Shown here in pieces: positions 62,193 to 64,000 of a DNA stretch of 64,000 nt. The notes under the pieces were generated by a model, which was not told the origin of the DNA, ran no database searches, and saw nothing but the letters and a program-made list of their open reading frames with translations. The translations under genes and the position numbers were made by a program. Each line of letters opens with the position of its first letter. Within the stretch, counting starts at the first letter, position 1. Location of the stretch: NCBI GenBank assembly GCA_963783385.1, contig CAWANJ010000001.1:640001-704000 (forward strand), read 5' to 3'. The stretch comes from an uncultured Gemmatimonadales bacterium. GTDB lineage: Bacteria > Gemmatimonadota > Gemmatimonadetes > Palauibacterales > Palauibacteraceae.

Positions 62193-63530
62193 TCAACCTC
62201 CGTCCACGCCGTTGCCGCCCTCTCCGCCCCGGTACTCGGGCGGCTGGTCCCCGCGCAGCGTCCTGTAGCGCTCGAACAGCTCTCGCTGGCGTGAGCGGTC
62301 CGGCATCACGCGGCCACGGATGATCACGGTCTCGGGCGCCGAGGAGAGCTCGAACGGGTCGCCCGACCACACCACCACGTCCGCCACCTTGCCGGCCTCC
62401 AGCGACCCGTAACGGTCGTCGATCCCGAAGGCGCGGGCCGGCTCCAGCGTCACGGCCCGCAGGGCCGCGTCCCAGGGCAGCCCGAAGCGCACCGCGTTCC
62501 CGGCGTCGAAGACCAGGTTCCGGACGTTGTGGGCGTCGAAGGTGCTGATGATCACCGGGACGCCCGCCTTCTCGAGCAGGGCGGCGTTGTCGAAGCGGGC
62601 GCCCAGGTGCGAGAAGTCGGTGGGCGCGTCGGTGAGGGGGTCGAGCACGACCGGCACGTGTGCCCGGGCGAGCTCGCCGGCCACCCTCCAGGCCTCCGCC
62701 CCGCCCGTGATCACCAGCCGGAGCCCGTAGTCGTGCGCAATGCGGAGCACGGCCGAGATGTCGGAGGCCCGGTCCACGTTCACCACCAGCGGCATGGTGC
62801 CCGCCAGGACGGGCTGCAGCGCCTCCAGGTCCAGCCGGGACTCGGCCAGGTTGCGAGACGCCCCCCGATCGAACGCGCCCTGGTGCTTCTTCCAGAACCT
62901 GGCGTCGTCCAGCGCCTCGCGCAGGCGGAGGGAGGCCTCGCCGCGGGCACCCCCCACCTGGGAGGCAGCGCCGGCTCCGTAGCTGGCCATCATGGCCGCC
63001 CGCGGCTCGACCAGCATGGCCTCCACGGTGGCTCCCGCCAGGTCGATCACGGCTCCCTGGCCCGAGATGAGCCCGCCCCGCGGCGCCGTGAGGGCGGTGG
63101 TCACGCCGCCCAGTCGGTTGATGGGGATGAGGGTGGAGGCCGGGTTGATCCCGTCCACCACGTCGAAGGCGGCGGTGACCGGGTCTTCGGACTGCACGGC
63201 GAAGTCACGCGTGGCGCCCACCGCTCCCACCTCGACCAGGCCCAGGGTGGTGGAGGCGTCCATGAGGCCCGGCGTGACGACCTTGCCGGTGGCGTCGATC
63301 CGGCGCGCGCCGGCGGGCACGCGCACGTCGGTGCCCACGGCCACGATCTTCCCGTCCCGGATGAGCAGCGTGGCTCCCTCGAGCCTGGGGCCGGAGACCG
63401 GGTACACCGTGCCGCCCGTGATGGCGATCGTCTGGGCGGCCGCCGGAGCCGGGGCGGCCAGGGTGGCCGCCGCGAGGCAAGCCGCCGCCAGCAGGCTCGT
63501 CGAGCCGGGCGCTGTCCTCGTCGGCCTCAT
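62193..63530 (-). CDS. Exported amidohydrolase-family protein (HxH metal motif degenerate)
   Basis: Signal peptide, IRDGKIVAVG, IDATGKVVTPGLMD, GSLEAGKVADVVVWSGDPF. Confidence 0.85.
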   Translation of the reverse strand: MRPTRTAPGSTSLLAAACLAAATLAAPAPAAAQTIAITGGTVYPVSGPRLEGATLLIRDGKIVAVGTDVRVPAGARRIDATGKVVTPGLMDASTTLGLVEVGAVGATRDFAVQSEDPVTAAFDVVDGINPASTLIPINRLGGVTTALTAPRGGLISGQGAVIDLAGATVEAMLVEPRAAMMASYGAGAASQVGGARGEASLRLREALDDARFWKKHQGAFDRGASRNLAESRLDLEALQPVLAGTMPLVVNVDRASDISAVLRIAHDYGLRLVITGGAEAWRVAGELARAHVPVVLDPLTDAPTDFSHLGARFDNAALLEKAGVPVIISTFDAHNVRNLVFDAGNAVRFGLPWDAALRAVTLEPARAFGIDDRYGSLEAGKVADVVVWSGDPFELSSAPETVIIRGRVMPDRSRQRELFERYRTLRGDQPPEYRGGEGGNGVDGG

Positions 63531-64000
63531 CGGGCACCTCCCTTCGCTCCCTCGAGCGTCGCCTCCGGCAGGATGCCGACCTCGAAGTCCGAGGTGGGCT
63601 GGAGCTCCTTCTGCTTACGGTCGTAGATCATCGCGCCGTCGATGAAGACCTCGTCGGCGCGCGTGTAGATGCTGAACGGGTCGCCCGACCACACGGTCAC
63701 GTCGGCGTTCTTGCCCTTCTCGAGCGTGCCCACCCGGTCCTGGATGCCCAGGGCCCAGGCCGGCTCGGCCGTGATCCAGCGCAACGCCTCGTTCCGGCTC
63801 ACCTCGATGCCCGCCTCGCGGCCGGCGTACATGGCGCGGGCGGCGTTCTGGTTCATGAGCTGCACGCCCATGTCGTCGTCGGTGTGCAGGATGGCGTGCA
63901 CCCCGGCCTGGCTGACCAGGGCCAGGTTCTGCTCGATACCGTCGAACGCCTCCATCTTGAAGCCCCACCAGTTGAACCACAGGGCGGCGCCGATCGAGTC
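63527..64000 (-). CDS. Amidohydrolase-family protein, 5' part outside window
   Basis: WWGFKMEAFD, HTDD, ALRWIT, GTLEKGKNADVTVWSGDPFS; ATGA overlap with the next gene. Confidence 0.85.
   Translation of the reverse strand, partial: DSIGAALWFNWWGFKMEAFDGIEQNLALVSQAGVHAILHTDDDMGVQLMNQNAARAMYAGREAGIEVSRNEALRWITAEPAWALGIQDRVGTLEKGKNADVTVWSGDPFSIYTRADEVFIDGAMIYDRKQKELQPTSDFEVGILPEATLEGAKGGAR

Overview
Very GC-rich bacterial chromosomal window. Gene content and style suggest Gemmatimonadota, but this is an inference. It is gene-dense and mostly housekeeping: comEA-pilB-pilT-pilC, tdh/kbl, aldolase-rpe-moeB, serA with a class V aminotransferase, HU, K+ channel-mtgA, csoR-copA, ccmABCDEFGH, a sigma-70 factor, VKOR/DsbA and a gyrA-led chain of overlapping genes. 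No rRNA, tRNA, CRISPR array, integrase or transposase was recognised. About 11 apparent single-base frameshifts, two of them in gyrA, point to assembly indel errors. The best candidate for an undescribed system is the operon at 18286-22276. It runs from a promoter through a Cys/His-rich leader ORF ending in polyproline (CutF/CruR-like), an outer-membrane beta-barrel, a 4-TM HxH protein and a degenerate FMN-bind-like exported protein to SCO. The barrel and the membrane protein share an identical 9-residue motif, STTQALDLS. Other leads are a structured leader with a sigma-54 promoter on a ferritin-like gene, a ubiquitin-like protein ending in Gly, an inactive DEAD-box protein, and clustered D-S/T sequons in exported proteins. 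All calls come from motif recognition by eye; no searches were run.
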